64,000 nucleotides of DNA from Hyphomicrobiales bacterium (GTDB taxonomy: Bacteria; Pseudomonadota; Alphaproteobacteria; Rhizobiales; OSC116). Numbering within the stretch: position 1 is the stretch's first letter; every line of letters starts with the position of its first letter. The notes under the pieces are model-generated. The model was not told where the DNA came from and searched no databases. It was given only the letters and a program-made list of their open reading frames with translations. Shown in pieces: positions 31,043-40,889 of the stretch. Location of the stretch: the NCBI GenBank assembly GCA_016744975.1, contig JADGDI010000004.1, forward strand, positions 8,159 to 72,158, written 5' to 3'. The position numbers and the translations under genes are program-made.

Positions 31043-31345
31043 TAAATATACTAAACATGTCAAGTAGTTTGACTATTCATTAACCAACCATTCAGTTAAC
31101 TTATAATTAAATAAAGCGTCTCGTTAGTCAACCAAAGAATTTGTAATTTTAATTTTTTAAGAAAATTCATTGCAAATAAGGATGATGTGGTGCGCTTTTC
31201 TACTAAAAATACCAACTTTTTTGAAATTAAATTAGTCAATTTTTTTAAATTGCTCATTATGATGAATATATGGGTTAAATCTTGACCTTTTCGTTAAGTT
31301 TGATTATTCAACCATTAAACATATTATAAGTTATGAGCCTTTAGA

Positions 31346-31864
31346 ATGACCATATTACCCATCATCAAACACCCAAATGAAATATTACGGCAAGTTTGCC
31401 TGCCTGTGCCAGAGGTCGATGACCCAATGCGCCAATTAATGGATGACATGTTAGAAACTATGTATGATGCACCTGGGGTTGGTTTGGCTGCGCCGCAAAT
31501 TGGTGATACCCGCCGTATCATTGTGATAGATCAGGTGCGTGAAGCAGAAGAAGATGCTAAAACGCCATTATTCTTTGTTAATCCAGAAATTATTTGGTCA
31601 GGCCAAGAAATAGGTGAATATGAAGAGGGGTGTTTATCCATCCCTGGGGTATATGAAAATGTTTTGCGCCCGACTGAATGCAAAGTGACTTATTTGGATT
31701 ATTTTGGCAAAGCCCAACAAATGCATTGTAAAGACTTTTTAGCCACCGTTATACAGCATGAAATTGACCATTTAAATGGGGTGTTATTCATTGACCATAT
31801 TTCACGCTTAAAACGCTCGCGTGCAATGAAAAAATATAAAAAGGCTCAAAGCGAATTGGGTTAA
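31346..31864 (+). CDS. def: Peptide deformylase
   Basis: 172 aa. Motifs GVGLAAPQIG, EGCLSIPG and QHEIDHLNG. Confidence 0.96.
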   Translation: MTILPIIKHPNEILRQVCLPVPEVDDPMRQLMDDMLETMYDAPGVGLAAPQIGDTRRIIVIDQVREAEEDAKTPLFFVNPEIIWSGQEIGEYEEGCLSIPGVYENVLRPTECKVTYLDYFGKAQQMHCKDFLATVIQHEIDHLNGVLFIDHISRLKRSRAMKKYKKAQSELG

Positions 31865-31885
31865 TTTGACAAAATAGGTGATATT

Positions 31886-32812
31886 ATGCGTATTATTTTT
31901 ATGGGCACGCCAGATATAGCAGTGACTAGCCTTGGTGAATTAATTTCACAAGGCCATGATATTGTAGCGGTTTATTGCCAGCCGCCGCGCCCTGCTGGCC
32001 GAGGTAAAAACCTAACCAACACGCCAGTACACCAATTTGCGCTTGATATGGGCCTTGAGGTTTATACACCGCTTAATTTTAAAGATGCAGCAGATATAGA
32101 AGTTTTCAAATCCCATGAGGGCGATATTGCGGTGGTGGTGGCTTATGGCTTATTGTTACCCAAGGCTATTTTAGAAGCACCTGAGCATGGTTGTTTAAAT
32201 CTGCATGCATCTTTATTGCCAAGATGGCGCGGCGCGGCGCCAATACAACGGGCGATTATGGCTGGGGATAGCCATACGGGTTTAATGGTAATGCAGATGG
32301 ATGAAGGTTTGGACACTGGTAATATTTGCCTGATTGAAACCATAGCCATAACACCCAATATGACGGCGGGTGAATTGCATGATATAATGGCACCATTGGG
32401 CGCAAACTTGCTTGCTCGTGCGATCTCAGCGGTGGGCTGGGGCGGCCATAGTGAAGTGGTGCAGGCAGTTGAAGGTGTGACTTATGCCAAAAAAATTGAA
32501 AAATCTGAAGCCAAGATAGATTGGCAGCTACCGGCCAAGCAATTGCACAACCATATAAGAGGCCTATCGCCATTCCCTGGGGCATGGTGTGAATTTGAAA
32601 AAGACGGCAAAATTAGCCGCATTAAAATATTGCAAACCGAGCTGGTAAGCGCTACGGGCGCAGCAGGTCAATTGCTTGATGATGAATTAACTGTGGCTTG
32701 TAGCGATGGTGCGCTGAAAATAAAACGCTTACAACGTGCTGGCAAGGGTGTTAGCAATGTTGCTGATTTTCAACGCGGCTATTTTATTGGCAAAGACGAA
32801 TTTTTTGCATAG
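31886..32812 (+). CDS. fmt: Methionyl-tRNA formyltransferase
   Basis: 308 aa. MRIIFMGTPD, NLHASLLPRWRGAAPIQRAI. def-fmt synteny. Confidence 0.96.
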   Translation: MRIIFMGTPDIAVTSLGELISQGHDIVAVYCQPPRPAGRGKNLTNTPVHQFALDMGLEVYTPLNFKDAADIEVFKSHEGDIAVVVAYGLLLPKAILEAPEHGCLNLHASLLPRWRGAAPIQRAIMAGDSHTGLMVMQMDEGLDTGNICLIETIAITPNMTAGELHDIMAPLGANLLARAISAVGWGGHSEVVQAVEGVTYAKKIEKSEAKIDWQLPAKQLHNHIRGLSPFPGAWCEFEKDGKISRIKILQTELVSATGAAGQLLDDELTVACSDGALKIKRLQRAGKGVSNVADFQRGYFIGKDEFFA

Positions 32813-32835
32813 CCTAATTGTCTCTATAATAAGCT

Positions 32836-32968
32836 ATGTGAAGTAAAAATAGACGATGTGAAGTAAAAATAGACGATGTGAAGTAAAAATAGACGATGTG
32901 AAGTAAAAATAGACGATGTGAAGTAAAAATAGACGATGTGAATTAATATCAAATAATGTGAATTAATA
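32836..32968. repeat. 20-bp tandem repeat array: 5 perfect copies (ATGTGAAGTAAAAATAGACG) plus 2 diverged in-register units
   Basis: Perfect units start at 32836, 32856, 32876, 32896 and 32916. Diverged units ATGTGAATTAATAT... start at 32936 and 32956, and the last contains the trkH stop codon (32963-32965). Confidence 0.95.
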
Positions 32969-34408
32969 TTTCCAAAATTTGGGGGTTAGCAGCACCAATA
33001 TGGTGAAAATTTCTAGCCTTCCCAATAACATACTGGCACTTAACACCCATTTTGCAGCATCTGATAATGGTGCGTAATTACCAGCAGGGCCGATGATTGG
33101 ACCAAGGCCAGGGCCGACATTGGCCAGTGCTGAGGCAGCGGCTGAAATAGCCGTCACATCGTCTAAACCCAAAAGGCTTAAGATAATTGCGATTGCGCCA
33201 AAGCTGAAAATAAACACTACAAAAAAACTCATTACCGAAGCAGAAACTTTATCATCGATGCGTCTGCCATTATAGCGGGGAATAAACACCCCATTGGGGT
33301 GCAACATCTGGGCAACATGCATTTTCATATTTTGAAAAATCACCTGAAAACGGAAGATTTTAATACCGCAACTGGTCGAACCCGCGCAGCCACCAACAAA
33401 CATGATGAAGAAGAAAAACACACTGGCAAACAGCCCCCAAAGAGTGTAATCGAGTGTTGCATAGCCCGTACCTGTCATGATGCTGGTCACATTAAAGGCG
33501 CTGAAGCGGATTATCTTCTCAATATCACGGTTGCCTTGTGAGAATTGATATATTGCCATAATGGCGACAAAGGTTAATAAACTCGCCAAGAACCATCTGA
33601 CTTGAGTATCCTTAAAAATGGCAATTCTATGCCCGTTTAAAAATTTTGCATATAATAAAAATGGCAAAGAGGCCAATATCATAAATACCACACCGACATA
33701 TTCAATTGCAGGACTTGAAAAATAACCAATAGATGCGTCATGGTTAGCCATGCCGCCGGTTGCGACTGTGGTTAGCGAATGTACCACGGCATCAAATAAA
33801 TCCATGCCGCATAGCAAATAAGCAATGCAGCAAAAAATGGTTAAACTGACATATATTAAGGTGATTGAACCTGAAATCTCGGCAATGCGCGGGGCAACGC
33901 CGTCGACATTATCGGTAAACTCCATTCGAAACAATTGCATACCACCAATTTGCAACATCGGCGAAATGGCGATCGCCATTACCAAAATACCAATGCCGCC
34001 CATCCATTGCAAAATACCGCGCCATAATAAAATGCCTGGGGCGGTGAAATCTAGGCCAATGATGATGGTCGCGCCTGTTGTGGTGATCCCTGACATGGCT
34101 TCAAAATAGGCGTCGGTAAAGCTCGTATTTTCGGCCGAAAACATAAATGGGATGGCGCTGAACAGGGGTAGGCTTGTCCAAATAATAGCTACCAAAACAA
34201 AGGCTTCACGCACTCTAAGCGGTGCTTGTGAGCCCCAGCCTGAAAGCATTAAACAAGCGCCAAAAAACACGGTGACAAATGAGGCAGCAAAAAATACGCT
34301 CCAATCGTCATTATCGGCCAAAAGATCAACAATAGCCGGCAGCAACATCATCACGCCAAGCATGCAAGTGAATAGGCCAATGATTAATAATAAAGGTCGA
34401 AAATTCAA
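32963..34408 (-). CDS. trkH: Trk-type potassium uptake protein TrkH
   Basis: 481 aa polytopic membrane protein. Repeated pore-loop-like motifs (TTTGAT, TVATGG, MTGTGY, NVGPGLG). Confidence 0.9.
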   Translation of the reverse strand: MNFRPLLLIIGLFTCMLGVMMLLPAIVDLLADNDDWSVFFAASFVTVFFGACLMLSGWGSQAPLRVREAFVLVAIIWTSLPLFSAIPFMFSAENTSFTDAYFEAMSGITTTGATIIIGLDFTAPGILLWRGILQWMGGIGILVMAIAISPMLQIGGMQLFRMEFTDNVDGVAPRIAEISGSITLIYVSLTIFCCIAYLLCGMDLFDAVVHSLTTVATGGMANHDASIGYFSSPAIEYVGVVFMILASLPFLLYAKFLNGHRIAIFKDTQVRWFLASLLTFVAIMAIYQFSQGNRDIEKIIRFSAFNVTSIMTGTGYATLDYTLWGLFASVFFFFIMFVGGCAGSTSCGIKIFRFQVIFQNMKMHVAQMLHPNGVFIPRYNGRRIDDKVSASVMSFFVVFIFSFGAIAIILSLLGLDDVTAISAAASALANVGPGLGPIIGPAGNYAPLSDAAKWVLSASMLLGRLEIFTILVLLTPKFWKY

Positions 34409-34453
34409 TATTCTGCCTCAGAATTGCTTAATTGCCCACCCTGTTTAGCAGGC

Positions 34454-35650
34454 CTAATCAAGCGCGGCAAGTGCTTGATCTAAATCGTCCAATAGATCAC
34501 TGACATCTTCAAGGCCAACATTGAGGCGCAACAAGCCTTCGGTAATGCCTAATTCGGCTCTGAAATCTGCATCTAGGCGTTGATGGGTTGTGGTTGCAGG
34601 ATGGCAAATAAGACTTTTTGTATCGCCAAGATTGTTGCTATAAAGCACCAGATCAAGCGCATCGCAAAATTTAAAGGCTGCAGTTTTACCGCCTATAATC
34701 TCAATTGCCAACATATTCCCCCCGCCGCTCATTTGGCTGAGTGCTAAATCGCGTTGCGGATGGCTTTCATGAGTTGGGTAAAGTATTTTTGCCACATGTT
34801 TTTTACCATGTAAAAATTCGGCAATTATTTTTGCATTGGCGCTTTGTTGTTTGACCCGAAGGTCAAGGGTCTCAAGGCCTTTAAGCATAACCCATGAGTT
34901 GAACGGCGAGGCGCTTGGACCAGTTTGGCGGATATAGGTCAGTAATTGATCGGCAATCCCCGTGTCATTGCATAAAACCGCGCCCGCCATTGCGCGACCT
35001 TGGCCGTCTATCAATTTGGTTGCGCTGTAAAAGACTATGTCTGCGCCTAGCGCAAAGGGTTGCTGTAAAACAGAGGTTGCAAAGACATTATCTACAATCA
35101 AAATGATATTATTTTCTTTGCACAGTGAAGCAACGGCTCTAATATCCACCAATTCAATGCCAGGATTGGTCGGACTTTCAAGCAGGAACACTTTGGTATT
35201 GGGCTTAATTGCAGCTTTCCATGCGTTTAGATCGCGGCCATCGACAATGGTTGAAGCGACGCCAAAGCGCGGTAATAAGCTATCTGCAATATATAAGTTT
35301 GAACCAAACATTGCCCGCCCCGCCACAATGTGATCGCCCGCTTTTAAAATCGAAAATAAAGCGGTGTTGGCAGCCGCCATACCAGTTGCGGTGGCATAAC
35401 AATAATTTGCGCCATCTAACATGGCCAATCGATCTTCAAACATTTTTGTGGTTGGGTTGCCAAAGCGGGTATAGATAAACCCTTCAGCATCGCCAGCAAA
35501 TCGCTCTTCGGCCACTGCTGCGCTATCATATGTATAGCCGCTATTCATAAAAATGGCTTCAGAGGTTTCGCCAAATTGGGAGCGTTTTGTGCCGCCATGA
35601 ATGAGGTTGGTTTGGGGTTTGTAGTTTTTTGATTTCTTAATATCACTCAT
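34454..35650 (-). CDS. metZ: O-succinylhomoserine sulfhydrylase (Cys/Met PLP-dependent family)
   Basis: 398 aa. N-terminus TNLIHGG...SQFGETSEAIFMNSGYTYDSAAVAEERF, typical of MetZ. PLP-lysine region YSATKLIDGQG. Confidence 0.85.
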   Translation of the reverse strand: MSDIKKSKNYKPQTNLIHGGTKRSQFGETSEAIFMNSGYTYDSAAVAEERFAGDAEGFIYTRFGNPTTKMFEDRLAMLDGANYCYATATGMAAANTALFSILKAGDHIVAGRAMFGSNLYIADSLLPRFGVASTIVDGRDLNAWKAAIKPNTKVFLLESPTNPGIELVDIRAVASLCKENNIILIVDNVFATSVLQQPFALGADIVFYSATKLIDGQGRAMAGAVLCNDTGIADQLLTYIRQTGPSASPFNSWVMLKGLETLDLRVKQQSANAKIIAEFLHGKKHVAKILYPTHESHPQRDLALSQMSGGGNMLAIEIIGGKTAAFKFCDALDLVLYSNNLGDTKSLICHPATTTHQRLDADFRAELGITEGLLRLNVGLEDVSDLLDDLDQALAALD

Positions 35651-35940
35651 TATATCACCTTTGATGAGTGCCTTGGGTCGGGCATAAGCCGAGACCTTTT
35701 AGCGTTTGATTTTGTCGGTTATTAAACCCACAAGGCGGCGCAAGCAGTCGCAAATTCCACCCTTCTATTTTAATGTCTGGAACTTAACCTGACAGCATCA
35801 TCTGGTCAATGGTAAATATATTCACACCGTTGGCTTGTGAAAAGGGTTTCATGGGTTTGCTATGTTTAAAAACCTATGCGAAAGCATGAAAATATGCTAG
35901 GCATTCAACACTTGCTTTTGCTTTCTGACGAGCTGATATT

Positions 35941-37089
35941 ATGACTGATAAAAACCCGCCAACATTACCGCATACCACAGGAATTTTGCCTGCCCATGCC
36001 ATTCGTGCTTTGATCAATGAGGGGCAAATTGATTTGGATCGGCCATTGGATGATGACCAGATTCAACCCGCATCATTGGATTTACGTTTGGGCGATATGG
36101 CTTACCGTGTACAAGCGAGCTTTTTGCCAGGCATTGCAAAAACTGTGGATCAACGCCTTGAGACTTTGTCATTGCACAAGATTGATTTAAGTGATGGTGC
36201 GGTGCTTGAAACCAATTGCGTTTACATAGTGCCTTTATTGGAGCGGGTAAAGCTTGCGGCTAATATTTCGGCAATGACCAACCCCAAAAGTTCAACGGGC
36301 CGCATTGATGTTTTTACCCGAGTGATTACCGACTTTGGTGAAGAATTTGATAAAGTACCCGCTGGCTATTTTGGCCAATTATATGCTGAAATTAGCCCAC
36401 GTACTTTTCCGATTTTAGTGCGTTCAGGCTCACGGCTTTCGCAAATAAGGTTCAGGCTTGGCAATGGCCGAAACAGTGATAGCGAATTACGCCAACTGCA
36501 GGAAGAATATAACCTTGTACAATTGCCATATGATAGCAATCTTAAGGTCAATATTGATAATGGTATTGCCCTGCGTGTTGATTTAGAAGGCATTATTGTT
36601 GAAGGGCATGGCAAACGAAAATTAATTGGGTATCGCGCCAAACGCCATGCAGGCCTGATAGATGTTGACCAGAAAAATGCATTGCCTGTACCAGATTATT
36701 GGGAAGCTATTTATGCCAATGAGAGCAAGAGTTTAATATTAGACCCTGATCAGTTTTATATTTTAGCCTCCAAAGAAGCCATCCACATCCCGCCTCATTA
36801 CGCCGCCGAAATGGTGCCCTATAATACGTTGGTTGGTGAGTTTAGAGTGCATTATGCTGGGTTTTTTGACCCAGGTTTTGGCCATGATCAAGCAGGCGGT
36901 ACTGGCAGTAAAGGCGTGCTTGAAGTGCGCAGTCACGACGTGCCGTTTATTTTAGAAGATGGGCAAATAATTGGCCGTTTGGTGTTTGAACGACTGACCG
37001 ACAAACCTGTTGCATTATACGGGCAAATATCCACCAGTAATTACCAAGCCCAAAGCCTTAAACTGTCCAAACATTTTAAAAATGGCTAA
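35941..37089 (+). CDS. 2'-deoxycytidine 5'-triphosphate deaminase family protein (long DCD form)
   Basis: 382 aa. N-terminal TGILPAHAIRALINEGQI and two dUTPase-like halves, as in the long DCD family common in Alphaproteobacteria (from memory). Confidence 0.7.
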   Translation: MTDKNPPTLPHTTGILPAHAIRALINEGQIDLDRPLDDDQIQPASLDLRLGDMAYRVQASFLPGIAKTVDQRLETLSLHKIDLSDGAVLETNCVYIVPLLERVKLAANISAMTNPKSSTGRIDVFTRVITDFGEEFDKVPAGYFGQLYAEISPRTFPILVRSGSRLSQIRFRLGNGRNSDSELRQLQEEYNLVQLPYDSNLKVNIDNGIALRVDLEGIIVEGHGKRKLIGYRAKRHAGLIDVDQKNALPVPDYWEAIYANESKSLILDPDQFYILASKEAIHIPPHYAAEMVPYNTLVGEFRVHYAGFFDPGFGHDQAGGTGSKGVLEVRSHDVPFILEDGQIIGRLVFERLTDKPVALYGQISTSNYQAQSLKLSKHFKNG

Positions 37090-37110
37090 TATCACCAAGT
37101 TTGAAAAATA

Positions 37111-37356
37111 ATAATTTGCGCTATGTTACCAAGGTGCGAACAACGCCCTGCATTAGTGCCGCGCTCGCGCAGGCTTTCGCTCAAGCGAAAAACAGCCGTG
37201 AGTGATTTGTAATAACCATGGGCGATTTTACAGCAGCTTTGAGCGATGGTTTAAACCTAAATAATTTGGGTTTTGTTACCAAGGTGCGAACAGCGCCCGG
37301 CATTAGTGCCGCGCTCGCGCAGGCTTTCGCTCAAGCGAAAAACAGCCGTGAGCGAT
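37111..37356. repeat. GC-rich ~96-bp element present twice (150-bp period)
   Basis: Copy 1 at 37111-37206 and copy 2 at 37261-37356, with about six differences by eye. A partial echo GCCGCGTGAGCGAT lies at 37363-37376. Internal hairpin TTTCGC-TCAA-GCGAAA. Confidence 0.9.
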
Positions 37357-37378
37357 CTAAAAGCCGCGTGAGCGATAA

Positions 37379-38188
37379 CTATGAAAAATCAAAATCTGCA
37401 ATAATCGGCGCATGGTCAGAAGGTGCTTCCCATGAGCGCGGGGCAAGGGCAATTTCCATATTGGTATGTTTATTGCCGAGCGGCTGGGTAACCCAGATAT
37501 GATCCAATCTTCGGCCTTTATTGGACTGTGTCCAATCGCGCGAGCGGTAGCTCCACCATGAATATAATTTTTCAGTTGTTGGGATATGCTCGCGCACTAA
37601 ATCTTGCCAATCCATGCTGTCTTGCAAAATTTTAAGCTTTTCAACTTCGAGCGGTGTATGGCTAACCACTTTTAGCAATTGTTTATGCGACCAGACGTCA
37701 TTCTCATGCGGTGCAATGTTTAAATCACCGACCAATATTGCGCTGCTATCATTGGCTTGTTTGGTGAAAATATCGGTCATTTCGGCCAAAAAATCCATCT
37801 TATGTTTGAATTTTTCATTCTCATTAACATCAGCAACATCGCCGCCAGCGGGTACATAAAAGTTATGCAAGGTCACTTCGCCACTTGAAGGGGTGATGAA
37901 ACTCGTGGACAAATGCCGAGCATCGCCTTTTTCACAAAATTCTATTTTCTCAACTTTACTAAATGGGATTTTTGAAAAAGTTGCAACGCCATGATAGGCT
38001 TTTTGGCCGTTGATTGCCACATGCTCAAAACCCATGGCTTTAATGGCTTTCATTGGGAAGCTGTCATTATGCACTTTGGTTTCTTGCAGGCATAAAATAT
38101 CAATATCATATTCTTTAATGAACCGCTCGACGCTATCAATGCGGCGGCGGACTGAATTTATGTTCCAAGTTGCGATGCGTAATTTCAT
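37379..38188 (-). CDS. xth: Exodeoxyribonuclease III
   Basis: 269 aa. MKLRIATWNINSVRRR, LCLQETK, GDLNIAP, SDHAP. Confidence 0.93.
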   Translation of the reverse strand: MKLRIATWNINSVRRRIDSVERFIKEYDIDILCLQETKVHNDSFPMKAIKAMGFEHVAINGQKAYHGVATFSKIPFSKVEKIEFCEKGDARHLSTSFITPSSGEVTLHNFYVPAGGDVADVNENEKFKHKMDFLAEMTDIFTKQANDSSAILVGDLNIAPHENDVWSHKQLLKVVSHTPLEVEKLKILQDSMDWQDLVREHIPTTEKLYSWWSYRSRDWTQSNKGRRLDHIWVTQPLGNKHTNMEIALAPRSWEAPSDHAPIIADFDFS

Positions 38189-38209
38189 ATTAATCCTTTT
38201 AATGCCTGT

Positions 38210-38833
38210 TTAAAATAGCGCCAGACTGTCGCCTGAAAAGCCCAATGGCCAATGACCAGAAGCATAGAGTTTTATCCGCAGAATGAAAGGATGAAAATCA
38301 TCATCACCAAAGGTTTTTGCTAAAATATAAGTATGGCAGGCTTGCATGGCGCTGCCCATCATTAGGTTTTTTAACTGGGTATCATCTAGATCCCAATTGG
38401 CGAAAGTCTCGGTGATATGGTCGTCAATATGTTGGCTAAGTGCTGCGGCCAAATAGGAAAATAAAAACTCAAGCGCCTCAGGTGCCAATTGTTCAGAAGC
38501 ATGGAAAGTAAGCGCTGCGCGCATCGCTTCTTCAGATTCCCAAGCCCCAGTTTGGTAATTGTTGGTTTCCATCACTGGGAAAACTTCATCCCAATCGCCA
38601 ATCACATGCAATTGCGCATAGTCAAAGCCTAGAAAATTCATATAGTCGCTAGCTATGTTGTGGGTTTCAGCATCAATTTTATCACCAACATGGTGAAACC
38701 AGTCCACCCGCTTTAGCGTGGCAATCGCCTTGCTAACCTCGTTCATGATCGGCAATTCGCTGAGCATTTCTTCATATTCAGCAGCTTGCGCCGCCTCGTC
38801 CTCTTCGGACATATAATTTGTAAAATCTTCCAT
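38210..38833 (-). CDS. Hypothetical acidic protein
   Basis: 207-aa ORF, strongly acidic N-terminus (MEDFTNYMSEEDEAAQAAEYEEM), no recognised motif. 21 nt upstream of xth in the same orientation. Confidence 0.55.
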   Translation of the reverse strand: MEDFTNYMSEEDEAAQAAEYEEMLSELPIMNEVSKAIATLKRVDWFHHVGDKIDAETHNIASDYMNFLGFDYAQLHVIGDWDEVFPVMETNNYQTGAWESEEAMRAALTFHASEQLAPEALEFLFSYLAAALSQHIDDHITETFANWDLDDTQLKNLMMGSAMQACHTYILAKTFGDDDFHPFILRIKLYASGHWPLGFSGDSLALF

Positions 38834-38954
38834 TTTAGCTATTTAGCGGGTTTGGTGAATAATCGCAAGCTTATAAGGCCAGTATTGGTTATAATAACGG
38901 CAAAATTACAAGCCTGAAGCTTGAATAACAATCCATAATCGGCTATGGAAAACC

Positions 38955-40271
38955 ATGCAAAATATTTTTAAAAATAGCCAAGAATGGCTGCAATTTGACC
39001 ATGACCATCTTTGGCACCCATATACCAGTATGCATGACCCATTACCATGTTATGCTGTGCTAAGTGCCAAGGGCAGTAAGATAATGTTGGATAGTGGCGA
39101 TGCGTTAATTGACGGTATGGCCTCATGGTGGAGTGCCATTCATGGTTATAATCACCCAAAATTAAATGCAGCAATTGTGGCTCAGACTGAAAAAATGGCG
39201 CATGTGATGTTTGGCGGTATTGCCCATCAACCCGCATCAGAACTTGGTGCACGCTTGCTCAACATGATGCCAGATTGTTTTGAACATATTTTTTTAGCGG
39301 ATTCGGGCTCGATTTCGGTAGAAGTGGCGCAAAAGATGGCGCTGCAATATTGGCAATCATCGAACAATCTTAAAAAGCAACGGTTTCTTACCGTTAAGGG
39401 TGGTTACCATGGCGACCCATTTTCATGCATGTCTGTAGGTGATCCGACCAATGGCGCGCATCATTTATTCCCCACTCAAATTACCAAACATCTTTATGTT
39501 GCGCGGCCAGAAATTGGTTTTGATGAGCCTTGGGACATTGATGCTGTTAATGAATTAAGAGCAGTTATTAAAACCCATCACCAAAGCATCGCTGCAATTA
39601 TTGTTGAGCCGATTGTGCAAGGTGGGGTTGGCATGCGTTTTTACCACCCGCAATATTTGCGCGAAATGCGCAGCTTGTGTGACGAATTTGATATTCTGTT
39701 GATTTTTGATGAAATTGCCACAGGTTTTGGCCGAACTGGCAAATTATTTGCCATGCAACATGCGGGTATTGAACCTGATATAATATGTGTTGGAAAGGCG
39801 TTAACTGGCGGTATGATGACGCTAGCGGCAACCATCACCACTAAAAAAGTCGCCCAGACCATTAGCTTGGGCGATGTGCCCATATTAATGCATGGCCCAA
39901 CCTTTATGGCCAACCCATTAGCCTGTACAGTGGCCTCGGCAAGTTTGGACATATTGCTAGAAATTGACGCGCAAACTGCGCAGGTTTATTGGCAAGCCAA
40001 TGTTACGCGCCTAGCAAAAGCTTTGTTGAAATTGCAACAGCTCAGCGGCCATAAAGCAGTGAAGCAGGTGCGTGTTTTAGGCGCGATTGGCGTGGTCGAA
40101 ATGCATGAAAATGTGGATGTAGCACGCTTGCAAGCTGAATTTGTAAAACGCGGTGTTTGGCTGCGGCCATTTGGCAAACTGGTTTATATTATGCCGCCTT
40201 ATATATTATCCAATGCCGAAATTGAACAATTATGTGATGCCATTATTGAGGTAATTGAGCAAGTATATTGA
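38955..40271 (+). CDS. bioA: Adenosylmethionine-8-amino-7-oxononanoate aminotransferase
   Basis: 438 aa. N-terminal FDHDHLWHPYTSM, ...SWWSAIHGYNHP..., DEIATGFGRTGKLFA, and PLP lysine in CVGKALTGG. Confidence 0.9.
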   Translation: MQNIFKNSQEWLQFDHDHLWHPYTSMHDPLPCYAVLSAKGSKIMLDSGDALIDGMASWWSAIHGYNHPKLNAAIVAQTEKMAHVMFGGIAHQPASELGARLLNMMPDCFEHIFLADSGSISVEVAQKMALQYWQSSNNLKKQRFLTVKGGYHGDPFSCMSVGDPTNGAHHLFPTQITKHLYVARPEIGFDEPWDIDAVNELRAVIKTHHQSIAAIIVEPIVQGGVGMRFYHPQYLREMRSLCDEFDILLIFDEIATGFGRTGKLFAMQHAGIEPDIICVGKALTGGMMTLAATITTKKVAQTISLGDVPILMHGPTFMANPLACTVASASLDILLEIDAQTAQVYWQANVTRLAKALLKLQQLSGHKAVKQVRVLGAIGVVEMHENVDVARLQAEFVKRGVWLRPFGKLVYIMPPYILSNAEIEQLCDAIIEVIEQVY

Positions 40272-40280
40272 GCAAATATA

Positions 40281-40889
40281 TCAAAATCTGTGTAACGCAA
40301 ATTGCCCACCCGGGATTCTTTCATTGACGATGATATTGGATAAGTGAATGCTGGTTTGCAAGCCATTTTGGTCGGTGATTGTCCAACTGTTAAGTTGCAA
40401 ATCTTCACCACCAAAAACCATAGTTAGACTGCCACGCATTTTTTTGGCCTTATCCGTCATGGTAATCATTAAATTGCCGGGTTCGTAATAAAAATCTAAC
40501 ACATTGGTTTTTTTGAGAATGTCAGGGTCGGCCGAGATGATGAAATCAATCGGTGTTTCAGACAATGGGTAGCGGTCGGCTTTTTGTTTAATTTTACGAT
40601 CAATAACCCCAAGCCAAAGGCCATCGGCAATGATTAGTAATTTTTCGGGTGGGGCATATTCAAAACGCATTAAGCCTGGGCGTCTGATCCAGAGTTTGCC
40701 GTTGCTGGTACTGCCATCAGGCGCGACTTGTAAAAAATCACTTTCCATGGTTTTAAAACTTTTAAGATAAGCACTGACGCTGTTGATTGTATCAATCTGG
40801 TCTTGTCGTAAATCAATAGCATGGGTGATTGAGCTCTGGCCGATGATAAAAATTGAAACAAAAATTGCATAAAAAAACTTTTTAATCAT
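40281..40889 (-). CDS. lolA: Outer-membrane lipoprotein carrier protein LolA-like
   Basis: From ATG 40889 the protein begins with a signal peptide, MIKKFFYAIFVSIFIIGQSSITHA. LolA-like body (F.Q......S.G.LWI.RPG..RFEY). The position next to ftsK is common. Confidence 0.75.
   Translation of the reverse strand: MIKKFFYAIFVSIFIIGQSSITHAIDLRQDQIDTINSVSAYLKSFKTMESDFLQVAPDGSTSNGKLWIRRPGLMRFEYAPPEKLLIIADGLWLGVIDRKIKQKADRYPLSETPIDFIISADPDILKKTNVLDFYYEPGNLMITMTDKAKKMRGSLTMVFGGEDLQLNSWTITDQNGLQTSIHLSNIIVNERIPGGQFALHRF

Noticed and set aside
37218-37502. 94-aa ORF on the plus strand
   Set aside because: It reads through copy 2 of the GC-rich repeat and then runs antisense into xth. The equivalent frame in copy 1 is interrupted by a stop, and no Shine-Dalgarno is present.
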